Below are positions 15,312-24,032 of a stretch of DNA of 43,197 nt, piece after piece. The notes beneath the pieces were generated by a model. That model made no database searches. It saw nothing but the letters and a program-made list of their open reading frames with translations, and was not told the origin of the DNA. The position numbers and the translations under genes were made by a program. Source of the stretch: a virus (taxonomy: Duplodnaviria; Caudoviricetes); IMG/VR virus record IMGVR_UViG_3300017779_005634, positions 1 through 43,197 of that record. One strand, 5' to 3'. The stretch's first letter is position 1. Every line of letters starts with the position of its first letter.

Positions 15312-16649
15312 ATGTCGAAGAAAATATTTGTTATTGACACCAGTGTTTACCTCACCGACTTCTCCTCTTTAAAGGCATTCGAAGATAATGATATTATCAT
15401 ACCCTTTAAAGTTCTAGAAGAAATTGACAAACATAAAAAACGTCAAGATTCAGTTGGTTCTAATGCGAGAAATATTATAAGAACACTTGATGAACTTAGG
15501 GAGATTGGTTCATTACACGAGGGTGTATCAATGGGCGAGGGTTATGGTACTGTAACTGCCAGGGGGTATGATGCGGAATTATTACCTATTGACTGGGATA
15601 AAAACGACCCAGACAATCAAATCATCGCCACAGCACTTACTGTAAAAAAAGAAAATCCTGATTGCAAGGTAACTCTTGTATCTCGGGATATCAATCTGAG
15701 AGTTAAGTGTGATTCTATCGGTCTTTTGACTGACGATTATCAGGCGAGTCAAATTATTGAATCTCTTGACGAGATTTACTCTGGATATACAGATTTTATT
15801 ATGAGAGATAAAGACATCGATGATTTTTATTTAGGAGAGCATATCTACGCACCTTTACCAGAAGAAAATGAGATGCCTTTAAACGGAAATGAGTTTCTTG
15901 TAATGACTTCTGAGATAAATGAAAAGAAGACTGCACTTGCAAGATTTAAGAATTATAACACGCCACTTTTAAAAATTCCAAACAAAAGGGTAGTATGGGG
16001 CATAAAACCTCGAAACAAGGAGCAGACGTATGCTCTTGACCTTCTAATGGACCCTTCTATATCACTCATAACACTGGTTGGTAAAGCAGGTTCTGGTAAA
16101 ACTTTGTGTGCCATCGCCGCAGGTCTTCAGCAGACTCTTGACGACCACAGTATGAGTACCCAGAAATCTATCTATACAAGATTGATTGTCTCTCGTCCAG
16201 TTGAACCTCTTGGAAAAGATATTGGTTTCTTACCAGGAACAATGGAAGAGAAAATGGAACCTTGGTTAAAACCAATTCAGGATAATCTTAAGTTTCTTAT
16301 GGTTGATGATTCTGCCACTCTTCAGGAATATATGGATATGGGCAAAATAGAGGTTGAGGCACTTACCTACATTAGAGGGCGTTCTATTGCTAATGCCTTT
16401 ATCATAATTGATGAAGCACAGAACCTTACAAAGCACGAACTCAAAACTATTGTAACTCGTGTCGGCGAGGGAACCAAACTTATTCTTACTGGCGACGTCG
16501 AGCAAATAGATAACATCTATATCGATGAAAGAACCAATGGTTTAACTTACGCTGTCGAAAAAATGAAAGAGCACGAGATAACAGGGCACGTCACTTTAAA
16601 GAAGGGCGAGCGTTCTGCTATAGCAACATTAGGTGCTAAAATTCTCTAA
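15312..16649 (+). CDS. phoH: PIN-domain PhoH-family ATPase (PhoH2/YlaK-like)
   Basis: PIN motifs FVIDTSV, EEID, DPDNQI and SRDINLRVK; Walker A GKAGSGKT; GFLPG; RGRS; Walker B IIIDEAQN; TGDVEQID. Confidence 0.93.
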   Translation: MSKKIFVIDTSVYLTDFSSLKAFEDNDIIIPFKVLEEIDKHKKRQDSVGSNARNIIRTLDELREIGSLHEGVSMGEGYGTVTARGYDAELLPIDWDKNDPDNQIIATALTVKKENPDCKVTLVSRDINLRVKCDSIGLLTDDYQASQIIESLDEIYSGYTDFIMRDKDIDDFYLGEHIYAPLPEENEMPLNGNEFLVMTSEINEKKTALARFKNYNTPLLKIPNKRVVWGIKPRNKEQTYALDLLMDPSISLITLVGKAGSGKTLCAIAAGLQQTLDDHSMSTQKSIYTRLIVSRPVEPLGKDIGFLPGTMEEKMEPWLKPIQDNLKFLMVDDSATLQEYMDMGKIEVEALTYIRGRSIANAFIIIDEAQNLTKHELKTIVTRVGEGTKLILTGDVEQIDNIYIDERTNGLTYAVEKMKEHEITGHVTLKKGERSAIATLGAKIL

Positions 16650-16670
16650 CTTTTATGTTATTATAATCTT

Positions 16671-17351
16671 ATGAAAAACTACATCACAAAATCACACAAA
16701 AGTGTTATGAGAGAACGAAAAGAATATACCATCTTTGGAACAATCAATGTTTTTGTTAAAGACCCGCTTTCACAAGAGATTAATTTAACTAATGTTATTA
16801 TGGACCTTGAGGAGACAATACCTCAACACCTATTTCATGAAGTTGATATGATAATAATCGGTCAGTTCAATGAATTGAAAGATAGAGGTGTTCGTGCAGC
16901 GTTCATGGACGGTGCTGTATATGCAACAAACGAACAACCATCAGAAGAACAATTATTTGAAGATATCATTCATGAAATCGCACACTCTGTAGAAAAATCT
17001 TATCATTATGAAATCTATGGAGACGACCTTATTGAGAAGGAATATCTTGGAAAGAAAAAAAGATTTTTAGATTTGCTTCAAGCAAACGGAGTCAGGGTCC
17101 CGAATAGAATTCGGTATGAAACAGAATATTCTAAATTATTTGATGAATTTCTATTCTACCAGTTAGGGTATGATAAGGTTACACCTTTTAGTCAAGGATT
17201 GTTTTTATCACCATATGCTTCAGTATCGGTGTCTGAATATTTTGCCACTGCATTTGAGTACTATTTCGTACAGTCAAATTTGTCTTATGTAAGGGAACTT
17301 TGCCCTCAACTATTTATTAAGTTGAGAAAAATATCTGAAATAGGAGAATAA
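16671..17351 (+). CDS. Zincin-like metallopeptidase domain protein
   Basis: IIHEIAH (HExxH) plus downstream YASVSVSEYFATAFEYY with a third-ligand Glu. Confidence 0.75.
   Translation: MKNYITKSHKSVMRERKEYTIFGTINVFVKDPLSQEINLTNVIMDLEETIPQHLFHEVDMIIIGQFNELKDRGVRAAFMDGAVYATNEQPSEEQLFEDIIHEIAHSVEKSYHYEIYGDDLIEKEYLGKKKRFLDLLQANGVRVPNRIRYETEYSKLFDEFLFYQLGYDKVTPFSQGLFLSPYASVSVSEYFATAFEYYFVQSNLSYVRELCPQLFIKLRKISEIGE
17310..17316 (+). promoter_or_regulatory. Putative late promoter CTATTTA at the end of the zincin gene
   Basis: Exact motif 36 nt upstream of ATG 17353 (SD AGGAG). Intragenic, so weaker support. Confidence 0.35.
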
Positions 17352-17352
17352 T

Positions 17353-17706
17353 ATGAAAAAGAAATTTATTTTAAACATTGATATTATAAAAAGTAAAAAA
17401 AAGATTTTTGCACACATTAACAAAAAACCAAGTGTAATCATTACTGAATCAGATGTCAGAAGAGAACTTAGAAGAGGTAAGATAAACGCTGGAGATTTAA
17501 AAACCCAGACAGAGAATCTTTTTATTTTTGACTTGATTACTAGAGAACTAGAGATTGACGATATCACTATGACCGACTTGACAGAAAGTTATGGAGCATC
17601 TGAACTTCCAGTTTTTGAACTGGAGGAAGAAGATAAACCACCTGTTCGTAGGACCAATACAAGAAAACCCAGAACAAGAAGAAAGACTAATACACCAAAG
17701 AAATAA
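17353..17706 (+). CDS. Hypothetical protein with basic R/K/T-rich C-terminal tail
   Basis: SD AGGAG; tail PPVRRTNTRKPRTRRKTNTPKK. Confidence 0.7.
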   Translation: MKKKFILNIDIIKSKKKIFAHINKKPSVIITESDVRRELRRGKINAGDLKTQTENLFIFDLITRELEIDDITMTDLTESYGASELPVFELEEEDKPPVRRTNTRKPRTRRKTNTPKK

Positions 17707-17721
17707 ATAAACAATTAATAC

Positions 17722-17750
17722 TTGACGAAACCTGCTTTTTATGCAATAAT
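17722..17750 (+). promoter_or_regulatory. Possible host sigma70-type promoter
   Basis: TTGACG, 17-nt spacer ending in TGC, then AATAAT, with an A-rich UP-like tract upstream. The -10 box is imperfect. Confidence 0.45.
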
Positions 17751-17777
17751 ATAGAGTAATAAAGAGTAGAGGTTTGT

Positions 17778-18551
17778 ATGTCGCATATATCTTTTTCAGC
17801 ACTCAAGAACTGGAATCAGTGTCCTTATTATTATAAGATAACTTATGTTGATAAGATAAAGGGTTTTGTAGGAAATCATTACACAGCATTTGGGACTGCC
17901 CTCCACGAGGTGTGTGAAAAGAAAGCAGAAGAACCAAATTTCTCTGATGAAGAAAATCTTTTTGAGACAGCATTTCTTAGAGAACTTAAAAATCTACCAG
18001 AACATGTCCGCAAAGATATTAAATTAAAAGATGTAGAACAGATGAGAACCCAGGGCAAGAGGTTGTCTGTTATTGCAATGCCAGCATTAAAGTCACATTT
18101 CGGAGATTTTGAAGTTGTGTCAACAGAAGAAGACTTATACGAGTCAATTGAAAATTTTGAAGACTACAATTTCAAAGGGTTTATCGATTTGGTAATTAAG
18201 ACATCTGATAACAAATATCACGTCATCGATTGGAAAACCTGCTCCTGGGGTTGGAATACTCAAAAGAAATCAGACCCAATGACAACATATCAATTAACTT
18301 ATTATAAACATTTTTATAATCAAAAGCACAACATTCCTCTTGAGGATATCGAAACACATTTTGCACTCCTTAAAAGAACAGCAAAAAAAGATTTAGTAGA
18401 AGTCTTTAGAGTCACTAGCGGCAAGAGAAAAATGTCCAATGCTTTAGAACTTCTGGATAGAGCACTTTATAATATTCAGAGTGGAAAATTTATTAAAAAT
18501 AAACTGGCATGTAATAGATGTGAATTTAAGAACACCGAACATTGTCCATAG
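17778..18551 (+). CDS. PD-(D/E)XK nuclease, Cas4/AddB-like with predicted Fe-S cluster
   Basis: ISFSALKNWNQCP, GTALHEVCE, FKGFIDLV, VIDWKT, QLTYY and C-terminal CNRC...C give the 1+3 Cys pattern. Confidence 0.9.
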   Translation: MSHISFSALKNWNQCPYYYKITYVDKIKGFVGNHYTAFGTALHEVCEKKAEEPNFSDEENLFETAFLRELKNLPEHVRKDIKLKDVEQMRTQGKRLSVIAMPALKSHFGDFEVVSTEEDLYESIENFEDYNFKGFIDLVIKTSDNKYHVIDWKTCSWGWNTQKKSDPMTTYQLTYYKHFYNQKHNIPLEDIETHFALLKRTAKKDLVEVFRVTSGKRKMSNALELLDRALYNIQSGKFIKNKLACNRCEFKNTEHCP

Positions 18552-18559
18552 GAGAAAGA

Positions 18560-19816
18560 ATGACAAAAAATAAAAAAATTAAAGTACTGACCTTATCCGA
18601 CCATCCTTTGTTTTCAACAGGTGTCGCTATACAAACCAAAATGTTTATTGAGGCAATGCTGAAGACCGACAAGTTTGAATTTATATCATTGGCGGGTGCG
18701 ATTAAACATAGAGACATGTCGCCCGTTAAAACAGAACAATACGGCGATGCCTGGAAGATATTTCCTGTTGAAGGATATGGAAGTCAAGAGGTTGTACGCT
18801 CAATACTTAGAACAGAGAAACCTGACATTATGTGGATTATGACCGACCCTCGTTATTGGCAATGGTTATGGAAAATCGAAGACGAGATAAGGGCACAGGT
18901 TCCTATTTGTTATTATCATGTGTGGGATAACGGACCCGCACCAAAATATAATAAAAAGTTTTACGACTCAAACGACTTAGTAGTCTCCATTTCTAAACTA
19001 ACAGAGGAGATGGTAAATGAAGTTGGAACAACAGCAAAGCATATCCGTATCCCTCATACGATTGATGAGAGTGTTTATAAAATCTTACCAGAAGAAGAAG
19101 TATCACAATTCCGCAAAGAACATTTCGGAGATGATGATAAAGTTATTTTCTTTTGGAACAATAGAAACACACAGCGCAAGAATGCTACGACTCTTATGTG
19201 GTGGTTTAAAGAATTTTTAGATGAAGTTGGACATGATAAAGCAGCACTTCTTATGCACACTAACCCAGAAGAACAGACAGGCGCTGATTTGCAATCAAGT
19301 ATCAACGCACTAGGTCTGGACAACGGAGAAATTATGCTTTCACCTTTGAAATATGACCAAGAGAAGATGTCAATGCTTTACAATTCGTCAGACTGTACAA
19401 TTAATATTTCAGATGCAGAAGGTTTTGGATTATCTACGCTTGAGTCTCTTGCTTGTGGCACTCCAATTATTGTTAACAAGACTGGTGGGTTAAAAGAGCA
19501 GGTCACCGACGGCAAGATTACATTTGGCATCGGGATTGAACCGAGCACAAAGACAATAATTGGTTCACAACAAGTCCCTTATATTTATCAAGATAGAATA
19601 AGCAAGGAGGATTTTATAAAAGCGCTGAAAGAGTTTTGTTCTTTGTCGAAAGAGGATAGAACTCGTTTAGGTCAACTTGGATATAATCACATCGTAAAAA
19701 AATATAATAGTAAAAACTTTTCTGAACAATGGGCGAAAGCACTTACCCAACTTCACAAGACAGGCGGTTCTTGGAAGAATAGAAAGCATCAAAACTGGGA
19801 GATTATTGAACTATGA
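18560..19816 (+). CDS. Glycosyltransferase family 4 (GT-B)
   Basis: NRNTQRKN and DAEGFGLSTLESLACGTPII (E-x7-E). ATG 18560 follows SD AGGAG. Confidence 0.9.
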   Translation: MTKNKKIKVLTLSDHPLFSTGVAIQTKMFIEAMLKTDKFEFISLAGAIKHRDMSPVKTEQYGDAWKIFPVEGYGSQEVVRSILRTEKPDIMWIMTDPRYWQWLWKIEDEIRAQVPICYYHVWDNGPAPKYNKKFYDSNDLVVSISKLTEEMVNEVGTTAKHIRIPHTIDESVYKILPEEEVSQFRKEHFGDDDKVIFFWNNRNTQRKNATTLMWWFKEFLDEVGHDKAALLMHTNPEEQTGADLQSSINALGLDNGEIMLSPLKYDQEKMSMLYNSSDCTINISDAEGFGLSTLESLACGTPIIVNKTGGLKEQVTDGKITFGIGIEPSTKTIIGSQQVPYIYQDRISKEDFIKALKEFCSLSKEDRTRLGQLGYNHIVKKYNSKNFSEQWAKALTQLHKTGGSWKNRKHQNWEIIEL

Positions 19817-20982
19817 ATAAAAGAAAAATTCTTGTAAGAGGACCAGCATTATCTCGCTCTGGTTATGGCGAACATTGCCGCACAGTTCTACGAGCACTTC
19901 GTTCTGACGACAGAAATGAAGTTTATTTACTGAACGTCGGTTGGGGTCATTCTGGTTGGATTGCAGAAGATACGGAAGAACGAGAATGGATTGACAATAC
20001 AATTATGAATACTGCCAGGGTGATACAATCTGGCGTTCGTGATTTTTCAACATCCGTTCAAGTGCAACTTCCCTCCGAGTGGCAAAAATTATGTGAATAC
20101 AATATTGGTATCACGGCAGGTGTAGAAACCACATCAGCACCTGAAGATTGGAACACTGCCTGCTTGGAAATGGATAGGGTTATTGTACCTTCACAACACT
20201 CGAAAGAGTGTTTTTCTGAAAACGTGCAAGGGATTGTAGAAATTATTAATTTTCCAGCAAGAGTTATAAAATCAAAAAAAGTTGATTTTAATTTAGAGAC
20301 AGATTTTAACTTTTTAACTGTAGCGCAATGGAATCCAAGAAAAAATTTAGAACAAACTATCTCTTCATTTATTCAAGAGTTCCAAAATGAAGAAGTTGGT
20401 CTCATTATAAAGACAGGCATCGCAGGCGGTTCTCATATTGATAGGGAACAGACTAGAGAGCGTTTACAGTTGTTATTAAATCACTCGACGCAAAATAGAA
20501 AATGCAAAGTTTATCTTTTTCACGGTTCTCTGTCTGATGGTGAGATGGTATCGCTTTATAAAAGTAAAAATATCTCTGCCTATATTACAACCTCACATGG
20601 AGAAGGTTTTGGACTTCCTGTATTTGAGGCAGCACAATATGGCGTTCCAGTTATTGCGCCCAACTGGGGCGGGATTAGAGACTTCTCAGGCGATTCATTT
20701 ATAGAGTTGGAATACGAGGAAAAGGAACTAGAAGAGCATCAAGTTTGGGAAGGTGTATTGGAGGCAGATAGTAGATGGTGTTTTCCTAAAACCACTGCTG
20801 TTCGCTCGCAAATGAGAGAAGTTTATAACAATATAAGCAAATATAAAAAGCAAGCAAAAGCGCATCAAAATTTTATAAGTGAAAATTTCTCTGAACAAAG
20901 TATCAATTTATGTTATAATAATGTTATAGACGATGTTTTAAAAGTAACAGAAACACTAGGAGACAAAAATGAGACTGAGTAG
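19813..20982 (+). CDS. Glycosyltransferase family 4 (GT-B)
   Basis: SRSGYG, WNPRKN and SHGEGFGLPVFEAAQYGVPVI (E-x7-E). Confidence 0.9.
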   Translation: MNKRKILVRGPALSRSGYGEHCRTVLRALRSDDRNEVYLLNVGWGHSGWIAEDTEEREWIDNTIMNTARVIQSGVRDFSTSVQVQLPSEWQKLCEYNIGITAGVETTSAPEDWNTACLEMDRVIVPSQHSKECFSENVQGIVEIINFPARVIKSKKVDFNLETDFNFLTVAQWNPRKNLEQTISSFIQEFQNEEVGLIIKTGIAGGSHIDREQTRERLQLLLNHSTQNRKCKVYLFHGSLSDGEMVSLYKSKNISAYITTSHGEGFGLPVFEAAQYGVPVIAPNWGGIRDFSGDSFIELEYEEKELEEHQVWEGVLEADSRWCFPKTTAVRSQMREVYNNISKYKKQAKAHQNFISENFSEQSINLCYNNVIDDVLKVTETLGDKNETE

Positions 20983-21178
20983 TCAAGCAATGAGTGCTAT
21001 TATGTTGGCATTACAAAAAAGTTTATTAGAACAAACTGATATCATTCCTGTATTAGAATCTTTTGATTTCACGAAAGATGAGAACACGAAACGCTGGGGA
21101 ACCAAGGCAGGCGAACTTGTTGTAACCAACCCACCTACATTTAATATTGAAGACGTACTAACCCAACAGGATAATTAA
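20969..21178 (+). CDS. Small hypothetical protein
   Basis: SD AGGAG; overlaps the GT4 stop; fills the operon gap. Confidence 0.75.
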   Translation: MRLSSQAMSAIMLALQKSLLEQTDIIPVLESFDFTKDENTKRWGTKAGELVVTNPPTFNIEDVLTQQDN

Positions 21179-21180
21179 AA

Positions 21181-21441
21181 GTGCCCCGCTACTCCTACAA
21201 ATGCTTGCACTGTAAAACCACTTTTCAAACCTTTCATGGAATGAAGGAATCAATAGAACAGTGCGAGGTTTGTGGATGTGATGACGCCGAAAAACTCAAA
21301 AGAGTTTATGATAAAATAAATGTAAAAAAAGTAAAACAGAATAAGCAAATATCCGCAGGCGAGCGAGTAAAAGAATTTATTGAGACCTCACGAGAGGTTC
21401 TGGAACAGCAAAAAGAAGAGGCAAGAAAAGAAGATGATTGA
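21181..21441 (+). CDS. FmdB-family zinc-ribbon protein
   Basis: MPRYSYKCLHC...CEVCG (two CxxC motifs with the P-x-Y-x-Y-x-C start). Confidence 0.85.
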   Translation: MPRYSYKCLHCKTTFQTFHGMKESIEQCEVCGCDDAEKLKRVYDKINVKKVKQNKQISAGERVKEFIETSREVLEQQKEEARKEDD

Positions 21442-21730
21442 GCAAATTATTATTTATTTTTTATTTCCTCTTTCTATTATCGCTTGTGGCATGCTTGTTT
21501 GGTATATTAGAAAAATTCTTTCCGTTATGGAAGAGAGGTCTCTTGAGATTAATGAGAGATTCTCTGTATTTCACGACTTCCTCGAAGAGACCTACAATTC
21601 GGACCTGTTTTACGGTGAACCTAGATTAAAACAACTTTTGGATATTATAAAAGATTTCCATGGTTGGACAGAAGAATTTCAAAATAGAGTGATAGTAGAA
21701 AAGAATGACCGAGCAGAAAAAACTGATTAG
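21434..21730 (+). CDS. Small membrane protein with a single N-terminal TM helix
   Basis: ATG 21434 (in frame with track ORF 21380) gives MIEQIIIYFLFPLSIIACGMLVWYIRK followed by a helical soluble part. Confidence 0.7.
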   Translation: MIEQIIIYFLFPLSIIACGMLVWYIRKILSVMEERSLEINERFSVFHDFLEETYNSDLFYGEPRLKQLLDIIKDFHGWTEEFQNRVIVEKNDRAEKTD

Positions 21731-22463
21731 AAAAAGGCGCAAGAGAACAAAAAGACTTTATTTCACAGAAGTCCATGAAAAAGCAATACTCGAATATTGT
21801 TCTTCAGTGGATAGAAAAGAGAGAGAAGAACTTTATAGAGGTTTAATTCAACCTGCGATGAACGAGATGGTTGACAAGATTGTATTCACTTATAAATTTA
21901 CAACACTCCCGAACATTGATGAATTAAGAGATGAGTGTAAAATATGGTTAACGACTATTTTGGAAAAATTCGACCCCTCAAAGGGTTCAAAAGCATTTTC
22001 ATATTTTTCCGTTATTACAAAAAATTGGTTCATCCATAAGGTAAAAAAACATTCTCAACAGAGACAAAGAGAAATACAATACGACTACATCCCCAGGACT
22101 ATCGAAGAAAGATATTTATCAACTGAAAATCCATATGAAGACGTCATGGAGCGAAAGCAATTTTGGAATGCTCTTTGGTCTGAGATTGAAAAATGGGGAG
22201 AGATGCCTATGAAACCTACAGAAGAAAGGGTTTATAAGGCAGTCAAGATTCTAATGGAGCAACCTGATGACATTGAAATTTTTAATAAGAAGGCTATTTA
22301 CCTTTACTTGAGAGAACTTACAGGACTCAACACAAAACAGGTTGTAAATAATCTAAACAAACTTCGAGTAAAGTATCGTTCTTTCAAAACAGACTGGGAT
22401 GAGGGAAAAGTCACCCATATTGAAGGAACAAATAATGGCAAAAAAGAAGAATCAGAATCTTGA
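21705..22463 (+). CDS. Phage RNA polymerase sigma factor (T4 gp55-like, probably late)
   Basis: LEKFDPSKGSKAFSYFSVITKNWFI resembles sigma region 2 (FDP.KG..F..Y) and gp55. Located immediately before the baseplate module. Confidence 0.75.
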   Translation: MTEQKKLIRKRRKRTKRLYFTEVHEKAILEYCSSVDRKEREELYRGLIQPAMNEMVDKIVFTYKFTTLPNIDELRDECKIWLTTILEKFDPSKGSKAFSYFSVITKNWFIHKVKKHSQQRQREIQYDYIPRTIEERYLSTENPYEDVMERKQFWNALWSEIEKWGEMPMKPTEERVYKAVKILMEQPDDIEIFNKKAIYLYLRELTGLNTKQVVNNLNKLRVKYRSFKTDWDEGKVTHIEGTNNGKKEESES

Positions 22464-22755
22464 AGAATATATTGGCGAGGCAATAGAAAACATCCGCTCC
22501 GACAGGGCAATTACTTCCCACCTACTGACAGAACTAGTGCAAGAAATGAATAAGCAGAGTGGACTGTCTACTATTCAACAGTGCGGACTCATCGCATCTA
22601 AATATGTTGAAACACTTCAAAGGTCAAACGAACAGATAGTTAAACTTGCTGCCCTTTTACAAAAGAAGGAAAATAAACAGCAAGGTCTTACTGCTTCCGA
22701 GAAGGACGAGATTTATGACCTCCTGAACTCTGAGGCATTAGAAGAAGATGGCTGA
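22435..22755 (+). CDS. Helical hypothetical protein
   Basis: ATG 22435 follows SD AAGGA; coiled-coil SKYVETLQRSNEQIVKLAALLQK. Confidence 0.75.
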   Translation: MAKKKNQNLEEYIGEAIENIRSDRAITSHLLTELVQEMNKQSGLSTIQQCGLIASKYVETLQRSNEQIVKLAALLQKKENKQQGLTASEKDEIYDLLNSEALEEDG

Positions 22756-24019
22756 TTACGGAGAATACAACGGAGAAATAACAAAAAAGAAAAAAGATTC
22801 TCTCGACATCGCAAATACGAGTTCATCTAATGCAATTAAAAAAGTAATTGTAAAAAACTATTCTGAATCTAAAATTAAGCAGGGTCCATATATTGGATAT
22901 GTCCTAAGAGTGGATAAAAAAGATGTACCTTGGTATGCTATATTTAAATCAGAGTGGACTGCAAAGGTCAGGGTACCAGAATTGGATGCACATATTCCAG
23001 AACCTGAAGATTTCGGACCAAAAGTGACAGATGAACTTGATTTACAAAAAATAGAGTTGCACCCAACGTATATGCCCCGAGGTCAAAAAGTTAAGAAGGT
23101 ACCAACAATCGGAGCAAAGGTACTCGTAGAAAGGGACGACAACGGACAACAAAGTTTTATTATTGAAATTTTGGAAGAAGAAGGTTCAGAATCTGAGAAA
23201 CCAAAAGGAGCAGGTCCAAAAGGTGCCCATGGCAAGGGCGGTAAAGGCGGTAATGGCGGTAAAGGTAAGAGATATAAGGGTGGTCCCAACAATAATCAGA
23301 AGAACATCGTAGGATTGACTGGATTTCGTGCATATAAGAGGTCATCACCGCCAGTTGTTATTGTAATACACGAGTCTGGCGGCAGCAATCTGAAATCAAC
23401 CGAGAATATCTTGAAGAAGAAAGGACTTGGAGTTCATTATCTTGTGGATAATAAGACCAAGAGGGTCATAGAATATGAAGATTGGAAGGAGAATTATTTA
23501 ATCCATTGTCCTGGGTTTAATAGACAGACTATCGGCATTGAATATAATCACGCATACCACGGAACCGCTAATCTTCTCAAACCTTGTAAATTTTATTGGA
23601 AAAGAAAATATAACATTCCAGAAACAGAGGCGCTGGAGCGATGTTACAGTCTTGTGGACCATCTTTGTCAAGTGTCAGGTATACCCTTTGTTATGCCTCA
23701 GATGATAAGCGCTAATAAATTTACATTCAAAGGCGGTGTGGGTAAAAATATGTCTGGTGGAGTTGTCAGTCACGTCGCTGCATCTCCAAATCACGGAGAT
23801 GGAAATTATATGTGTTTATATTTCGCAATAAGGCAAGCAGGTCATTCTCCAGCAGATGCGGGCAGAATAGCGTTTGATATAGCAAAGGTCGCAACAAACT
23901 GGAGTTCGCATACGATACCAGTGGGCAGCGCTAGTATCCCACCTAAACAAATTACTATTGAAAAGTATTTGCCTCTAACTTGGGAAGAAAGAAGAAAGTT
24001 TCCCCAATACGCTTCATAG
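22748..24019 (+). CDS. Baseplate hub gp5-like N-terminal OB-fold fused to N-acetylmuramoyl-L-alanine amidase (Amidase_2)
   Basis: N-terminus YIGYVLRVD...AKVRVPEL...VPTIGAKVLVE resembles the gp5/gpV OB pattern. A G/K linker follows, then VIVIHES, GVHYLVD, HCPGFNRQTIGIE, VVSH and HGDG zinc-amidase motifs. Confidence 0.75.
   Translation: MADYGEYNGEITKKKKDSLDIANTSSSNAIKKVIVKNYSESKIKQGPYIGYVLRVDKKDVPWYAIFKSEWTAKVRVPELDAHIPEPEDFGPKVTDELDLQKIELHPTYMPRGQKVKKVPTIGAKVLVERDDNGQQSFIIEILEEEGSESEKPKGAGPKGAHGKGGKGGNGGKGKRYKGGPNNNQKNIVGLTGFRAYKRSSPPVVIVIHESGGSNLKSTENILKKKGLGVHYLVDNKTKRVIEYEDWKENYLIHCPGFNRQTIGIEYNHAYHGTANLLKPCKFYWKRKYNIPETEALERCYSLVDHLCQVSGIPFVMPQMISANKFTFKGGVGKNMSGGVVSHVAASPNHGDGNYMCLYFAIRQAGHSPADAGRIAFDIAKVATNWSSHTIPVGSASIPPKQITIEKYLPLTWEERRKFPQYAS
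23237..23263 (+). repeat. 3 x 9-bp tandem repeat GGCGGTAAW encoding a GGK/GGN linker
   Basis: ggcggtaaa ggcggtaat ggcggtaaa, between the OB-like and amidase domains. Confidence 0.8.
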
Positions 24020-24032
24020 GAACTTATAAGAA

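Noticed and set aside
17778-18551. Cas4-like gene as a sign of a CRISPR-Cas locus
   Set aside because: No repeat-spacer array or other cas genes seen in the window.
21434-21730. Holin call for the single-TM protein
   Set aside because: One TM helix is the only evidence. It is not adjacent to a clear free endolysin, and the nearby amidase looks baseplate-fused.
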